From the NCBI GenBank assembly GCA_963728565.1, contig CAVSLC010000019.1:96001-160000 (forward strand): a stretch of 64,000 nucleotides of DNA, written 5' to 3'. The notes beneath the pieces are model-generated. The model searched no databases and was not told the DNA's origin. It saw nothing but the letters and a program-made list of their open reading frames with translations. This stretch comes from an uncultured delta proteobacterium (GTDB taxonomy: Bacteria > Desulfobacterota > Binatia > UBA9968). The position numbers and the translations under genes were made by a program. Shown here in pieces: positions 10,622 through 22,015 of the stretch (positions are counted from its first letter, which is position 1; each line of letters begins with the position of its first letter).

Positions 10622-11845
10622 ATGTCATTGTTGGTTCAGAAATACGGCGGTTCTTCGGTCGCAACGATAGAGCGCATCAAGCATGTAGCCGAGAAAATCC
10701 GCGCCGCCAAGCGCGCCGGTCATGACGTGGTCGTGGTGGTCTCGGCGATGGCCGGAGAAACCAACCGGCTTCTGGGGCTGGCACATGAGATTTCAGAGAT
10801 GCCCGACGAGCGTGAAAAAGATGTTTTGCTGGCCTCGGGCGAGCAGGTGTCGATTGCCTTGCTAAGCCTAGCACTGAAAGAGCGGGGGCAGCCGTCGCGC
10901 TCATTTCTTGGTCATCAGGTGAGAATAGAAACCGATAACGCATACGGCAAGGCGCGCATCCGCAACATCGATTCCAGGAGAATCTTGCAATCGTTGAAAG
11001 AGGGCGAAGTCGTGGTCGTGGCCGGATTCCAGGGGATCGACGAGGACGACAATATCACCACCCTGGGACGCGGCGGATCGGACACCACTGCGGTGGCGTT
11101 GGCGGCGTTTCTCAATGCCAGCGCGTGCGAAATCTATACAGATGTCGAGGGGGTTTTTACCACCGATCCGGGGATCTGTGCCGATGCGCAAAAATTGCCG
11201 CGAATTTCCTATGAGGAAATGATCGAGCTTGCCAGCACCGGCGCCAAAGTCCTGGAGATCCGTTCGGTCGAATTCGCCAAAAGATTCGCTGTTCCGGTGC
11301 ACGTCCGTTCTACATTTAGCGATATCGAAGGGACATGGGTAGTCAAGGAGGATGAGAGCATGGAAGATTTGCTGGTCTCGGGGGTGAGCTATGACAAGAA
11401 CGAGGTGAAAATTACCATCCTTCGTGTACCCGACCGGCCCGGTCTTGCCGCCCAGGTGTTCGGCCCCATCGCCGACGCCCACATCGTCGTCGATATGATA
11501 ATACAAAATGCCAGCGCCGATGGCACCACAGATTTGACTTTCACCGTTTCTAAAGCGGATTATAAAAAGGCTCTATCCATCGTTGAGAAAACCGCCCCTG
11601 CTATAGCGGCGAAAGGGGTTGATGTCGATACCGATATCGCCAAGGTCTCGGTCGTTGGTGTGGGTATGCGTACGCACGCCGGAGTGGCGGCAAAGATGTT
11701 CCGGGTTCTGGCCGAGGAGGGAGTCAATATCGAGATGATTTCGACTTCGGAGATTAAGATCTCGGTCGTCATCGACGCCAAGTACACAGAGCTGGCGGTG
11801 CGGGTGTTGCACGAGGCATTTATCGGCAAACAGGGGAATGTATGA
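10622..11845 (+). CDS. lysC: Aspartate kinase
   Basis: [23 protein letters not shown], two ACT domains, ISTSEIKIS. Confidence 0.97.
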   Translation: MSLLVQKYGGSSVATIERIKHVAEKIRAAKRAGHDVVVVVSAMAGETNRLLGLAHEISEMPDEREKDVLLASGEQVSIALLSLALKERGQPSRSFLGHQVRIETDNAYGKARIRNIDSRRILQSLKEGEVVVVAGFQGIDEDDNITTLGRGGSDTTAVALAAFLNASACEIYTDVEGVFTTDPGICADAQKLPRISYEEMIELASTGAKVLEIRSVEFAKRFAVPVHVRSTFSDIEGTWVVKEDESMEDLLVSGVSYDKNEVKITILRVPDRPGLAAQVFGPIADAHIVVDMIIQNASADGTTDLTFTVSKADYKKALSIVEKTAPAIAAKGVDVDTDIAKVSVVGVGMRTHAGVAAKMFRVLAEEGVNIEMISTSEIKISVVIDAKYTELAVRVLHEAFIGKQGNV

Positions 11846-13422
11846 AGGATGTTTTGATCTACGACACGACACTGCGGGATGGCTGTCAAGCGGAGGATAT
11901 CTCATTTACCTTGGAGGACAAGCTGCGCATCGCGGAGAAGCTCGAGGAGTTGGGAGTAGACTACATTGAGGGCGGCTATCCCGGATCGAATAGCCGGGAT
12001 GCCGACTTTTTCAAAGAGATAAAGAAGCTCAATCTTAAGAACGCCAAAATTGCCTCCTTCGGCACCACCCGCAAACCCAGCGCAAAAGCAGCGCAGGATC
12101 TGAGCCTCAAAATTCTCCTGAGCGCCGATGCACCGGTAGTTACCTTGGTCGGCAAAACTTGGGATCTGCATGTGCGCGATGATCTAAGGATCAGTAAGAA
12201 GGCGAATCTGGAAGTTATCGCCGACTCGATCGCTTACGTGAAACGCCGCGTCGATCAGGTGATTTTCGACGCCGAGCATTTTTTCGACGGATTTCGCTCC
12301 AATCCGGAATATGCGCTGGAGTGCTTGCAGGCGGCTCAACAAGGCGGCGCCGATTGGATCGTCCTATGTGATACCAACGGCGGCCGCTTGCCTGGGGAAA
12401 TTCGTGAGGCCATTGCCAAAGTGAATGAGTCAGTCAGGACGCCGCTCGGAATTCATTGCCATAATGACGGCGAGCTCGCGGTCGCCAACACCATGGCGGC
12501 AGTTGAAATGGGAGTGCGCCAGGTGCAAGGAACGATCAACGGTTTTGGCGAACGCTGCGGCAATCTCAATCTCATCTCATTGATTCCCAATCTGCAGTTG
12601 AAGATGGGCAAGAACTGCATCAAGCCGAACCAGCTGAGAAAGCTGCGCGAGGTATCGCATTTCTTTTATGAACTCGCGAACATTCAACCGAATAAACGGC
12701 AGCCTTACGTTGGCGACAGCGCCTTTGCGCATAAAGGTGGCCTCCATGTATCCGGCGTATTGAAGAACCGCGAGACCTACGAGCATATCGATCCGGATTT
12801 CGTCGGTAATCGGCAAAGGGTGCTGGTTTCGGATCTCTCGGGGCGGAGCAACGTTGTTTACAAAGGCAAAGAGTACGGCATCGATCTCGAGGGTCAAGAT
12901 AAAGCGGTGCAAGAAATTCTGCGGCGGACCAAGGAACTGGAAAGCCAAGGATACGAGTTCGAGGCGGCGGAAGCCTCATTCGAGCTGCTGATCCAGCAAG
13001 CGCTGGGTAGAAAAAAGAAAAATTTCAAACTGGTGGGTTTTCGCGTCATCGACGAAAAAAGACAGGAAGGCGAAGCGCCGCGCTCGGAGGCGACCATTAT
13101 GGTAGAAGTGGACGGCGTGATGGAGCACGCGGCGGCGATGGGCAATGGCCCGGTTAACGCTCTCGACCAGGCACTGCGCCGGGCATTGACAAAGTTTTAC
13201 CCCGGTCTCAAGGATGTTGAGTTGTTGGATTATAAAGTCCGGGTGCTATCCTCGGGAGAAGGAACCGCCGCTTCGGTGCGAGTCCTGATCGAGTCCGGCG
13301 ATGGCAAAGCCCGTTGGGGTACTGTTGGCGTTTCGCACAACGTAATTGAGGCGAGTTGGCAGGCTCTGGTCGACAGCATCGACTACAAACTCTATAAGGA
13401 CGCCCGGCGCCGGGCCAACTAA
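11842..13422 (+). CDS. cimA: Citramalate synthase
   Basis: [42 protein letters not shown]; ATGA overlap with lysC. Confidence 0.92.
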   Translation: MKDVLIYDTTLRDGCQAEDISFTLEDKLRIAEKLEELGVDYIEGGYPGSNSRDADFFKEIKKLNLKNAKIASFGTTRKPSAKAAQDLSLKILLSADAPVVTLVGKTWDLHVRDDLRISKKANLEVIADSIAYVKRRVDQVIFDAEHFFDGFRSNPEYALECLQAAQQGGADWIVLCDTNGGRLPGEIREAIAKVNESVRTPLGIHCHNDGELAVANTMAAVEMGVRQVQGTINGFGERCGNLNLISLIPNLQLKMGKNCIKPNQLRKLREVSHFFYELANIQPNKRQPYVGDSAFAHKGGLHVSGVLKNRETYEHIDPDFVGNRQRVLVSDLSGRSNVVYKGKEYGIDLEGQDKAVQEILRRTKELESQGYEFEAAEASFELLIQQALGRKKKNFKLVGFRVIDEKRQEGEAPRSEATIMVEVDGVMEHAAAMGNGPVNALDQALRRALTKFYPGLKDVELLDYKVRVLSSGEGTAASVRVLIESGDGKARWGTVGVSHNVIEASWQALVDSIDYKLYKDARRRAN

Positions 13423-13473
13423 ACGGGGTCGTGGTGACGTTAACGTGGTCATTTGGCGACTCCGGCTAATCTT

Positions 13474-14205
13474 ATGTTTGATGTGCTCAAAGAAGACATC
13501 CGGGTCGTTTTCGATCGCGATCCGGCAGCCCGTAATGTCTGGGAGATCGTTTTTACCTATCCTGGATTTCACGCGCTATTCTTTTATCGGGTCGCTCATT
13601 CGACCTGGATCAACGGCTTCAAAGGCCTAGCTCGATTCGCCAGCAATCTCGGCCGCTTCTTCACCGGCATTGAAATTCATCCGGGAGCCCGGATCGGCCG
13701 GCGCTTCTTCATCGATCACGGTATGGGGGTAGTGATCGGCGAGACCACCGAGATCAAAGATGATGTGACTATTTACCAAGGAGTCACTCTCGGCGGCACC
13801 AGTTTGAGAAAGGAAAAGCGCCACCCGACGGTCGAAGATTGGGTTGTTATTGGCGCCGGCGCTACGGTGCTCGGGCCGGTGACGATCGGTCATAACAGTA
13901 GAATAGGTTCAGGATCGGTTGTGGTTTCCAGCGTGCCGCCGCATTCGACAGTGGTGGGGATCCCGGGACGGGTAGTGGAAGGCGAAGCCGCCCGCCGAGA
14001 CGCTCATGTTCATATCATCGATCTGGATCACGCGCGTTTACCTGATCCCATCGCCAAAGCTATTGGCGCGCTCGCAGATTACATTCAGAAGTTGGAAAGG
14101 CGGGTCGACGAATTGACCGACCGGCAAGGCGGACTTGAGGAGCAGCGGGCCGAGCAGAGTGAGGTCATAGATAAAGTTAAAGAGCTGCTGAAACATTCGA
14201 GTTGA
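13474..14205 (+). CDS. cysE: Serine O-acetyltransferase
   Basis: [33 protein letters not shown]. Confidence 0.95.
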   Translation: MFDVLKEDIRVVFDRDPAARNVWEIVFTYPGFHALFFYRVAHSTWINGFKGLARFASNLGRFFTGIEIHPGARIGRRFFIDHGMGVVIGETTEIKDDVTIYQGVTLGGTSLRKEKRHPTVEDWVVIGAGATVLGPVTIGHNSRIGSGSVVVSSVPPHSTVVGIPGRVVEGEAARRDAHVHIIDLDHARLPDPIAKAIGALADYIQKLERRVDELTDRQGGLEEQRAEQSEVIDKVKELLKHSS

Positions 14206-14342
14206 ATAGCCCGGGCTGCCAATCCGGCATCGGTGCCAAGGAGAGATTTTCTCAGTGAAAACGGGGCGCGTTAAATTTGTTCCATCGCGCTGCCCGGATT
14301 CCGTTCTATTCCAGAGCATTAAAAAAATCTTCTCAGAGTTTA

Positions 14343-15431
14343 ATGACTAAGAGAAAGCAAAAGGTTGTCGTTGCCATGAGCGGCGGTGTCGACAGTTCGG
14401 TCACAGCGGGCTTGCTGGTGGAGCAAGGCTACGACGTGCAAGGCGTGTCGCTGCGTATGTGGGAAGGACGGCGCGGGCCGCGCGTTTGTTCCGACCATCG
14501 CGGCGCCAAGGAAGTCGCGGAGTTCCTGGGGATTCCTCACGAGCTTCTGGATTTGCGTTCGCAGTTCGTCGAAACCGTCGTCAAACCATTTACGCAGGAG
14601 TATATTCGCGGCCGCACGCCCAATCCGTGCGTCGCCTGCAATCGCGATTTCAAGCTCGGCAGTCTGCTGCAGTGGGCGAAGCAGCAACAGGCGGACTACG
14701 TGGCCACCGGTCATTATGCCCGGGTCGAGCGCGACAACGCATCCGGGCAAAGCTCACTGCTGCGTGGCGTCGATAAGATAAAAGACCAGTCGTACTTCTT
14801 GTTCGCTCTTTCCCAGGATCAACTGGCGCACACGATTTTTCCTCTCGGCCATATGCATAAGAACCAGGTCCGGGAAAAAGCGCGCTGCTTTGGTTTGTCG
14901 GTGGCGGATCGTCCCGAGAGCCAGGACATTTGTTTCGGCGACTATAAAGCGCTGGTCCAATCCCATGCGAATGCCGAAGATCTCGGCGCCGGTGATATCG
15001 TCGACAGTTCCGGGAAAGTACTTGGCAGGCACAGCGGCATTCACAGCCTGACCATCGGCCAACGCCGCGGTCTCGGGATTGCGGCGCCGCAACCGTCTTA
15101 TGTTCTCGATATTGATCACCCATCCAAGCGAGTGCTGGTGGGCACCAAAAGCGAACTTGCTTGCAGCGGTCTGACAATGCAGGGAATGAATTGGCTCGAG
15201 CCGCCGGATGTCCAAGAGTTCGAAGCGCAGGTGCAAGTCCGTTATCGTTCGCCGGCGATTCCCTCTGTCATACGTCTAGCCAAAAACAACCGGTGCCAGG
15301 TGCGCTTCAATGAACCACATCCGGGGATAGCCCCGGGACAGGCCGCGGTCATTTACCGCGGAGAAAAGCTCCTTGGCGGCGGCTGGATTGAACACGCGAT
15401 TCGGTCTGAGGCATTAGCCCCTCGGGAATGA
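14343..15431 (+). CDS. mnmA: tRNA-specific 2-thiouridylase
   Basis: AMSGGVDSS, TPNPCVACN, ATGHY, KDQSYFL, ESQDICF, TIGQRRG, APGQAAV. Confidence 0.97.
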   Translation: MTKRKQKVVVAMSGGVDSSVTAGLLVEQGYDVQGVSLRMWEGRRGPRVCSDHRGAKEVAEFLGIPHELLDLRSQFVETVVKPFTQEYIRGRTPNPCVACNRDFKLGSLLQWAKQQQADYVATGHYARVERDNASGQSSLLRGVDKIKDQSYFLFALSQDQLAHTIFPLGHMHKNQVREKARCFGLSVADRPESQDICFGDYKALVQSHANAEDLGAGDIVDSSGKVLGRHSGIHSLTIGQRRGLGIAAPQPSYVLDIDHPSKRVLVGTKSELACSGLTMQGMNWLEPPDVQEFEAQVQVRYRSPAIPSVIRLAKNNRCQVRFNEPHPGIAPGQAAVIYRGEKLLGGGWIEHAIRSEALAPRE

Positions 15432-15472
15432 GCAACTATTACTTTTGCCTAATGCCCATTGCCTAAGCCTAT
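15411..15472. repeat. Heptamer tandem repeats (TGCCTAA-like) with an inverted partner at the mnmA/mtaB junction
   Basis: TGCCTAA TGCCCAT TGCCTAA GCCTAT; GGCATTAG near the mnmA 3' end is complementary to CTAATGCC. Confidence 0.4.
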
Positions 15473-16817
15473 GCGGATAGCGCTGACAACACTCGGTTGT
15501 AAAATCAACCAATATGATTCGGCGGTGATTCGGTCGCGCTTGGAAGAGAAGCATTCCTTTGTGCCTTTCGACGAGCAAGCGGATTGTTATATCATCAATA
15601 CCTGCACGGTCACCGATCGCGCCGATTGGGAAGCGCGGCAATTGGTGCGCCGCGCTAAACGCCGGTGCCCGAGCAGCAAGGTGCTGCTGACCGGTTGTTA
15701 CGCGCAGGTAAGTCCGGCGGAGGTGGTGCGAGTTCAAGGGGTAGATTTCGTCGTCGGGCTCAACCGGCTCGATGACTTGGTCCGCCTGGTCGAAACGACA
15801 GACTTAAATTCTCCCCGAATTCACGTCAGCGATGTGCAACGGCAGCGCGGCGTGCCGGTCCTCGGCACCCGGGCTTTGCCAGGACATACTCGGGCATTTT
15901 TGAAGATTCAAGAAGGTTGCAACTACACCTGTACGTATTGCATTATCCCGGCGGCCCGCGGTCTCGGTCGCAGTGTCGCGCCGCGGGAGGTTTTGAATCA
16001 AGTTCGTTTGCTGGCCGATGCGGGTTATGCGGAAGTCGTCCTGACCGGAATTCATCTCGGCGGATACGGCCAAGATTTAACTCCAAAGATGGATCTCACC
16101 GCTCTGGTGGAAATGCTCGGCGACAGCAGTCTGGTTCGACGAATTCGCCTCAGCTCTCTCGATCCGCGCGAGGTGCCGGACCGATTGCTCGCTCTCATTG
16201 CCGGCTCGGAGGTCATCTGCCCGCACCTGCATGTCTGCGCCCAGGCGGGTGAGGACACCATTCTCAAACGGATGAGGCGCAATTACGATACCGCCTATTA
16301 CCGCGAGCTGCTAAGTAAAACCCGCGAGCGATTGCCCGAAGCGGCGTTAGGCAGTGATATCATCGTCGGCTTTCCGGGTGAGAGCGATGAGCAGTTCGAA
16401 AGCTCATTGACTTACTTCGCATCGCTGCCGCTGACTTATTTTCACGTCTTTCCGTATTCGGCACGACGCGGCACTGCCGCATCGATCTTGCCGGACCCGG
16501 TGCCTATTCCGATGAAGAAGGCGCGCGCCCAAAGGATGCGACAACTCGGAGCCCAGAAAAAAGAGCAATTCTGCCAAACGTTCCGCGGCCGGCGCATGCC
16601 GGTTCTAGTCGAAGAGAAGATCGACCGCGGCAGCGGCGGTCACCGCGGTTTTACCAGAAATTATCTGCCTGTTATCGTCAGGGGTGGAAATCACCGAGTA
16701 AACGAAGAGGTGGATGTACAGATCGACGGATTCGCCGGCAATTGCTTGACCGGCGCTGCCATCTGTCCTGAGAGCGCGAAGACCGAAGCAGGGCCGGCGC
16801 ATAGCAAGCGGATTTGA
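15471..16817 (+). CDS. mtaB: t6A37 methylthiotransferase (radical SAM)
   Basis: TLGCKINQYDS, NTCTVT, KIQEGCNYTCTYC, LTGIHLG, HVFPYSAR.GT, C-terminal TRAM-like domain. Confidence 0.93.
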   Translation: MRIALTTLGCKINQYDSAVIRSRLEEKHSFVPFDEQADCYIINTCTVTDRADWEARQLVRRAKRRCPSSKVLLTGCYAQVSPAEVVRVQGVDFVVGLNRLDDLVRLVETTDLNSPRIHVSDVQRQRGVPVLGTRALPGHTRAFLKIQEGCNYTCTYCIIPAARGLGRSVAPREVLNQVRLLADAGYAEVVLTGIHLGGYGQDLTPKMDLTALVEMLGDSSLVRRIRLSSLDPREVPDRLLALIAGSEVICPHLHVCAQAGEDTILKRMRRNYDTAYYRELLSKTRERLPEAALGSDIIVGFPGESDEQFESSLTYFASLPLTYFHVFPYSARRGTAASILPDPVPIPMKKARAQRMRQLGAQKKEQFCQTFRGRRMPVLVEEKIDRGSGGHRGFTRNYLPVIVRGGNHRVNEEVDVQIDGFAGNCLTGAAICPESAKTEAGPAHSKRI

Positions 16818-17515
16818 AGATTTCATCACAGCTAGAAGCGCTTCAAAAGGAGCTGGGTTATAGCTTCAAAGACCCGTCTCTGTTGGTGAAGGCTCTGACG
16901 CACGTTTCTTACGATCGAAAAAAAACCGGAACCAATAACGAAGTCCTGGAGTTTCTCGGCGACGCGGTACTGGATCTGGCGATCAGTGATTTGTTGATCC
17001 GGCGTTTTCCCGAGAGGAGCGAGGGCGACCTGTCGCGTATGCGCGCAGGGCTGGTCAACTCTGCTGTTTTGGCCGAGAAGGGCAGCGCGCTGGCGCTCGG
17101 TCCCATTTTGTTTTTAGGCAAGGGCGAAGAGCGCAGTGCCGGGAGAAAAAAGCAATCGATTCTTGCGGGCGCATTTGAAGCCTTACTGGGCGGAGTTTAT
17201 CGGGATGGCGGCTACGATCCGGCTCGGCGCATCATCGAACGCTATTTCGCCGCTGATGTGATCGAACGAACGCTGGGCCAACAGGATTATAAAACCAGAC
17301 TCCAAGAAATCAGCCAGCTACTTTTCCGAGCGCCGCCGGTTTATCGTTTGCTCTCCGAAACCGGTCCCGATCACGACAAGTGTTTTGTCACAGAGATCAC
17401 CGTAGGTGGCAAGGTGCTGGGTAGCGGCGAAGGCAGGTCAAAAAAGCAGTCCGAACAGGAAGCCGCCAAACAAGCACTGAACGAGCTACAAAAAAGCGAC
17501 AATCTTAAGCTTTGA
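16814..17515 (+). CDS. rnc: Ribonuclease III
   Basis: NEVLEFLGDAVL, EGDLSRMRA, dsRBD DYKTRLQE..GEGRSKKQSEQ. Confidence 0.96.
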   Translation: MKISSQLEALQKELGYSFKDPSLLVKALTHVSYDRKKTGTNNEVLEFLGDAVLDLAISDLLIRRFPERSEGDLSRMRAGLVNSAVLAEKGSALALGPILFLGKGEERSAGRKKQSILAGAFEALLGGVYRDGGYDPARRIIERYFAADVIERTLGQQDYKTRLQEISQLLFRAPPVYRLLSETGPDHDKCFVTEITVGGKVLGSGEGRSKKQSEQEAAKQALNELQKSDNLKL

Positions 17516-17556
17516 TCATCGCAGGTGCCTTTGAGTCGTTTGAGCGGAGTTTATAG

Positions 17557-19264
17557 ATGCGGCAAGTCTCAACCGATGTCTTGATTGTAGGCGCAGGCGG
17601 CGCAGGTATGTATGCGGCGATTTCAGCCGCGCGGCAAGGCGCTTCGGTGCTGCTCCTGGATAAAAGCTTGGTCGGCCGCGGCGGCGCGACCATCATGGCG
17701 CAGATGACGGTGGCCGCAGCGCTTGGCCAGGAAGAGCCGGATGACTGCGCCACCCATCTCAAGGATACTCTCGAAGCGGGCCGCGGGCTCTGTAATGAAG
17801 ATCTGTCCGCGCTGTTATGCTATGACGGGCCGGAGCGCATTTTTGAGATGGAAGAGTGGGGTACCCGCTGGGCGCGTGCGGGTGACCGCATAAGGCAGGA
17901 AATAGCGCCGGGCCATAGCCGAAAGCGCTGCTGCTACGTTGACTTTCTCAATACCGGTCCCGCCGTCGCGGCTACTCTGCGCCGCAAGGTGAGCGAACTT
18001 GCCGCAGTTCGGCGCCTCAGCAACATCGCGGTGGTTGATCTTATCATCAAAGACGGCCGCGCCATCGGCGCTATCGGCTTGAATCTCGCTGAGGGCGAAC
18101 TGGTCACCTGCCATGCCAAAGCAATCATTCTTGCCGCGGGCGGCCTTACCAAGCTCTACGAACGTAATAGCGCATCATCGAACATGGGTGGGGAAGCTTA
18201 CGCTCTGGCTTTGTGGGCTGGCGCTGAGCTGATCGACATGGAATTTGTGCAGTTTTTCCCCATCGGTCATCTTGCGCCGAGATTGGTGGGCATGGATCCG
18301 ATCATGTGGGATCCGTTTCGCTATAAGCTTGGCGGAAAACTCCTTAACGGCAGCTTCGTTGAATTCGTCGATCGCTATGGCGCCGTCGATTTTGGAAAAT
18401 ATACCGTCACTCGCGATATCGCCGCGTACGCCATTCTCAAGGAAGTCGAAGCCGGCCGGGGAACGCCGCATGGCGGTGCTTATCTCGACTTCCGCCACAT
18501 TCCCGAAGCGCAGTTGCGCTCGGCCTTCGGACCGGTGATCGATCGCTTGCTTGCCAACGGCATCGACCTCGCCAAGACGCCGGTCGAAGTGGGTCCAACG
18601 GCGCACTATCATATGGGCGGTATCCGAGTGAACGCGCGTATGGAAACCTGCATCCAAGGATTGTATGCGGCCGGTGAAGCGGTTGGCGGCGCCAACGGCG
18701 CTAATCGTTTGTCCGGTAATGCGATCACGGAAGCGTTCGTCTTCGGCGCGCGCGCCGGCGCATGTGCCGGCAGAACAGGTCAAGACCATCTCAAGGGATG
18801 AGGATCGTAAGCTAACTCGGATTGCGCTCGATCGGACCGCCGCGCTGGTGCCGCGCGGATCGAAACGAGGAATGGCGCCGGTTGGCCTTCAGGCCGAATT
18901 GCAAAAGCTGATGTGGGAGAAGGCCGGACCGTTTCGTACCGGCGAAAAGCTCTCGAACGCCTTGCGGCGGATCCGCGAGATGCGCGAGCAAGAACTGCCC
19001 GGGCTCGAAATCGCGACTGAGGGCGCGTTCAATATGGATATCCAGGATTGGTTCGAACTGCGTGCCATGCTGACGACTGCTGAAGCGGTGGTAACATCGG
19101 CGCTGTCGCGAACCGAAAGCCGTGGCGCGCATCAAAGAGAGGACTATCCGAACCCGGACCCGCTGTATCTGCGAAATCAAGTCTTACGACTGAAGAACGG
19201 CGCTCTGATATCCAGCTGGGTCACTCCGGTCCGGCTCAATGCGGGGCTACCCAGAAATGGTTGA
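17557..19264 (+). CDS. SdhA/FrdA/NadB-family flavoprotein (frameshift ~18770-18800)
   Basis: DVLIVGAGGAG, DMEFVQFFP, AHYHMGGI, GANRLSGNA; C-terminal RTESRGAHQRED in the second frame. Confidence 0.88.
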
Positions 19265-19622
19265 AGTCGCGATTGACAAAACCGTTTTGCGTGTCCGCCG
19301 CGGTGGCCCCGGCGATGCTCCCCGCTTCGATGAGTTCGAAGTTCCCTTCGAAAACGGCATGTCGGTGCTCGATGCGCTACGCTGGATCCGGATCCACCGG
19401 GACAGCACACTGGCGATTCGTTACAGCTGCATCAACGCCAATGCCTGTAAGACCTGCATGGCGCTAATCGATGGGCAGGTAGAATATACCTGCATCGCCA
19501 AACTGCTGCCCGGCATTGTGACCGTCGAGCCACTGCCAAAGCGCCGGCTGATTCGCGATCTGGTTACCGATGTTGTGCCGGATGAGGAAAAAGCGTTGCT
19601 GGCAGCGAAACAACCAGACTGA
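19257..19622 (+). CDS. SdhB/FrdB N-terminal-type 2Fe-2S protein (2Fe-2S domain only)
   Basis: SVLDALRWI..DSTLAIRYSCINANACKTC..YTC..VEPL..LIRDLV; overlaps the flavoprotein stop. Confidence 0.85.
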   Translation: MVEVAIDKTVLRVRRGGPGDAPRFDEFEVPFENGMSVLDALRWIRIHRDSTLAIRYSCINANACKTCMALIDGQVEYTCIAKLLPGIVTVEPLPKRRLIRDLVTDVVPDEEKALLAAKQPD

Positions 19623-19735
19623 TGAAGCTGTCTGCCGAAACAAGCTCGGAAGTCAGGCGCGTGATGGCGATTAATGCGCCCATGAGACTTCGGTCGGTGT
19701 CATTTGCTCGGGCGGCATGCTTGTAAGTGAACTCT

Positions 19736-20626
19736 CTATTCTAAACCCATCAACTTTGCCGGATTGGTACAGGCGACCTGCTTTACTTCATCCTTGCTGA
19801 GACCGCCTTCGTGCAGCATGCCAAGAAACATCCGGAAGAGCTCGGCGGGATTCGGACTATACGGGCGAAAGTAATCGGTGCTCGCGATAATTTGCTGCAA
19901 CCCGATCTGGCGAAACTGTTGCACGAGCTCAGGTGAATCCATCCGCCCGGGGGCAAGCGCATTCCAGCAGGTCTCAAGAAACGCTCCCATCCCGGCAGCG
20001 CGCTGCATGGCATCCAGCGGCATCGCGATGATATGGCTTTGCACGTGGTTGACGATGATGCGATGGCTATAACCCATGTCGCGCGCTGCTTCGATAAAAG
20101 CGAGGGATTCCTGCCAGGAGACATGGCCCATGCCAAGAGTTAGGTCGTGGGCCTTACAGCACTCGATAATTTCGTAGCCCAGCGAACTCAGCTTTCCTTT
20201 GTCGTCCAGGAAGTAATAGTTGGGATTATCGAGCTGCGCGTGACTCTTATAATAGGATTTGAGGCGGTTGCTAAAGCCTTTGCGTTCCACGTCGTTGCGC
20301 GCGCTCCAGGTCGGAAGAAAAACCATTTTGCCGCCAAGCTGGGCGCAGGATTCGATGATGCATGGGTTGGGACCGCCGGCTGTGCTGTTGAGCGCGACGC
20401 TGGACCACAAACGGACCCGCGTCTGGACCGACGAAAGAATATAAGGGACGACATTAATTGTCGGCCACCAGTGCGATTTGAGAACCACACCCCGCATCCC
20501 CATGGCCTCGGCTTTGGGCAACCAGAGAAATTCCGGTTCGCGCTTTCTTTCTTTGGCCGAAAATTCAAAATCGATATGGCAATGAACGTCGATGCCTCCT
20601 TCGATCATCTCGTCGTATAGGCTCAT
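19736..20626 (-). CDS. Amidohydrolase-fold metalloprotein (DUF6282-like)
   Basis: IDVHCH, GVVLKSH, MGHVS, VNH, STDY, NPAKLMG; AAGGAG RBS. Confidence 0.75.
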   Translation of the reverse strand: MSLYDEMIEGGIDVHCHIDFEFSAKERKREPEFLWLPKAEAMGMRGVVLKSHWWPTINVVPYILSSVQTRVRLWSSVALNSTAGGPNPCIIESCAQLGGKMVFLPTWSARNDVERKGFSNRLKSYYKSHAQLDNPNYYFLDDKGKLSSLGYEIIECCKAHDLTLGMGHVSWQESLAFIEAARDMGYSHRIIVNHVQSHIIAMPLDAMQRAAGMGAFLETCWNALAPGRMDSPELVQQFRQIGLQQIIASTDYFRPYSPNPAELFRMFLGMLHEGGLSKDEVKQVACTNPAKLMGLE

Positions 20627-20719
20627 GCGCGGACTCCTTCGAAACTCAATTTTAAGAGCGTAATCCTTGTCCTGCCGGTGAGTGTTACCGGAGACTAGCG
20701 GGTCGTAGCCTCGGCTGTC

Positions 20720-22015
20720 CTACAGCGTTACCGAGGCCCGCGATCTGGATTTGCCGGCGCCACAGCATCGTTTGTATTTTTTACCGCTGCCGCAGGGGCA
20801 GGGATCATTGCGGGCGGCTTGAGGAGCGATGTTTTTGGCGTCGGCGGCGCGGACGATTTGCATGAGTTTTTCGCCCGGTTCGCCGGCATCGGCAAGTTCC
20901 GCGAATTTTTTCAAATAGGGCTTGCTGTGAATGAAGAAGCTCTTCAGTCCGGCACAAAGATAATTCAACCCCTCTTCGCCATCCGGTGTTTTAATGAAGC
21001 GGTCCTTGGGACAGCCGCCGTTGCACATGCTGCGAACCTCGCATTCCATGCAATACCTGGGCAGGCTCGTCCATTTCTTCCTGCCGAACTCGTGCTGGGC
21101 GGGATGATCGATCATCGATGCGAGAGTCTGTTCATAGATGTTGCCTATTTTGTATTCTGGCTCAACGTAGTGGTCGCAAGAGTAAAAATCGCCATTGTGC
21201 TCGATGACTGGCACGTCGCCGCAAGTCTCACGGTAAATGCAGAGCGCGTGCTCCATGCCGAGAAAGGGCCGAACCGACTCATCGAATAGTTGAATGAAAA
21301 CTTTGCCGATATCGTGGCGCACCCATTCATCGAAGATCGCCGAGAGAAATTCGCCGTAACCGGCCGCCGGTACCGAGCGCGAGCCGGCAGGATCGCCGGG
21401 TTTCTCGGGCTTTTCTACCAGCGGCAGAAATTGTAGGTACTGCGCGCCGATTTCTTTGAGGTAACGGTACACGGCAATGGGATGTTTCACGTTGATGTCG
21501 TGAACGACGCAGAGCAAATCGACATGAACTTTGTGCCGGCGCAACATCTGGAAAGCATGGACAACTTGCTTATGGGTGGGCTTCTGTCCCTTGGTGACAC
21601 GGTAGTGGTCGTGCAGATCCTGCGGGCCGTCCAGGCTTAGCCCGACGTAGAACGTTTCTTTGGCAAAAAATTCGCACCATTCCTCATCCAGGGTCGTGCC
21701 ATTGGTCTGAATGCCGTTGATGATTTTTTTGTCCGCCGGCAAGTGCTTTTTTTGCAACTCCACGGCCTTGCGGAAAAAATCGACGCCCAGCAGGGTTGGC
21801 TCGCCGCCATGCCACGAGAAGCTGACGATCTCTTTGGGTGTCGCCTCAATATGCTGGATGATGTAGCGCTCGAGAGTTTCATCACTAAGGCGGAAGTTGG
21901 AGTTCTTGGGATAAAGCTCCTCTTTTTTCAGATAATAGCAGTAATGGCAGTCCAGATTACAGATGGCACCGACCGTCTTTACCATGATCTGAAATTCACG
22001 AGACGCTGTATCCAA
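20720..22015 (-). CDS. Anaerobic sulfatase maturase-family radical SAM/SPASM protein with C-terminal SEC-C motif
   Basis: CNLDCHYCY, WHGGEPTL, QTNG, YSCDHYV, CxxC..CNGGCPK, RNDPCPCGSGKKYKRCCG; GGAGG before TTG at 22015. Confidence 0.92.
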   Translation of the reverse strand: MDTASREFQIMVKTVGAICNLDCHYCYYLKKEELYPKNSNFRLSDETLERYIIQHIEATPKEIVSFSWHGGEPTLLGVDFFRKAVELQKKHLPADKKIINGIQTNGTTLDEEWCEFFAKETFYVGLSLDGPQDLHDHYRVTKGQKPTHKQVVHAFQMLRRHKVHVDLLCVVHDINVKHPIAVYRYLKEIGAQYLQFLPLVEKPEKPGDPAGSRSVPAAGYGEFLSAIFDEWVRHDIGKVFIQLFDESVRPFLGMEHALCIYRETCGDVPVIEHNGDFYSCDHYVEPEYKIGNIYEQTLASMIDHPAQHEFGRKKWTSLPRYCMECEVRSMCNGGCPKDRFIKTPDGEEGLNYLCAGLKSFFIHSKPYLKKFAELADAGEPGEKLMQIVRAADAKNIAPQAARNDPCPCGSGKKYKRCCGAGKSRSRASVTL

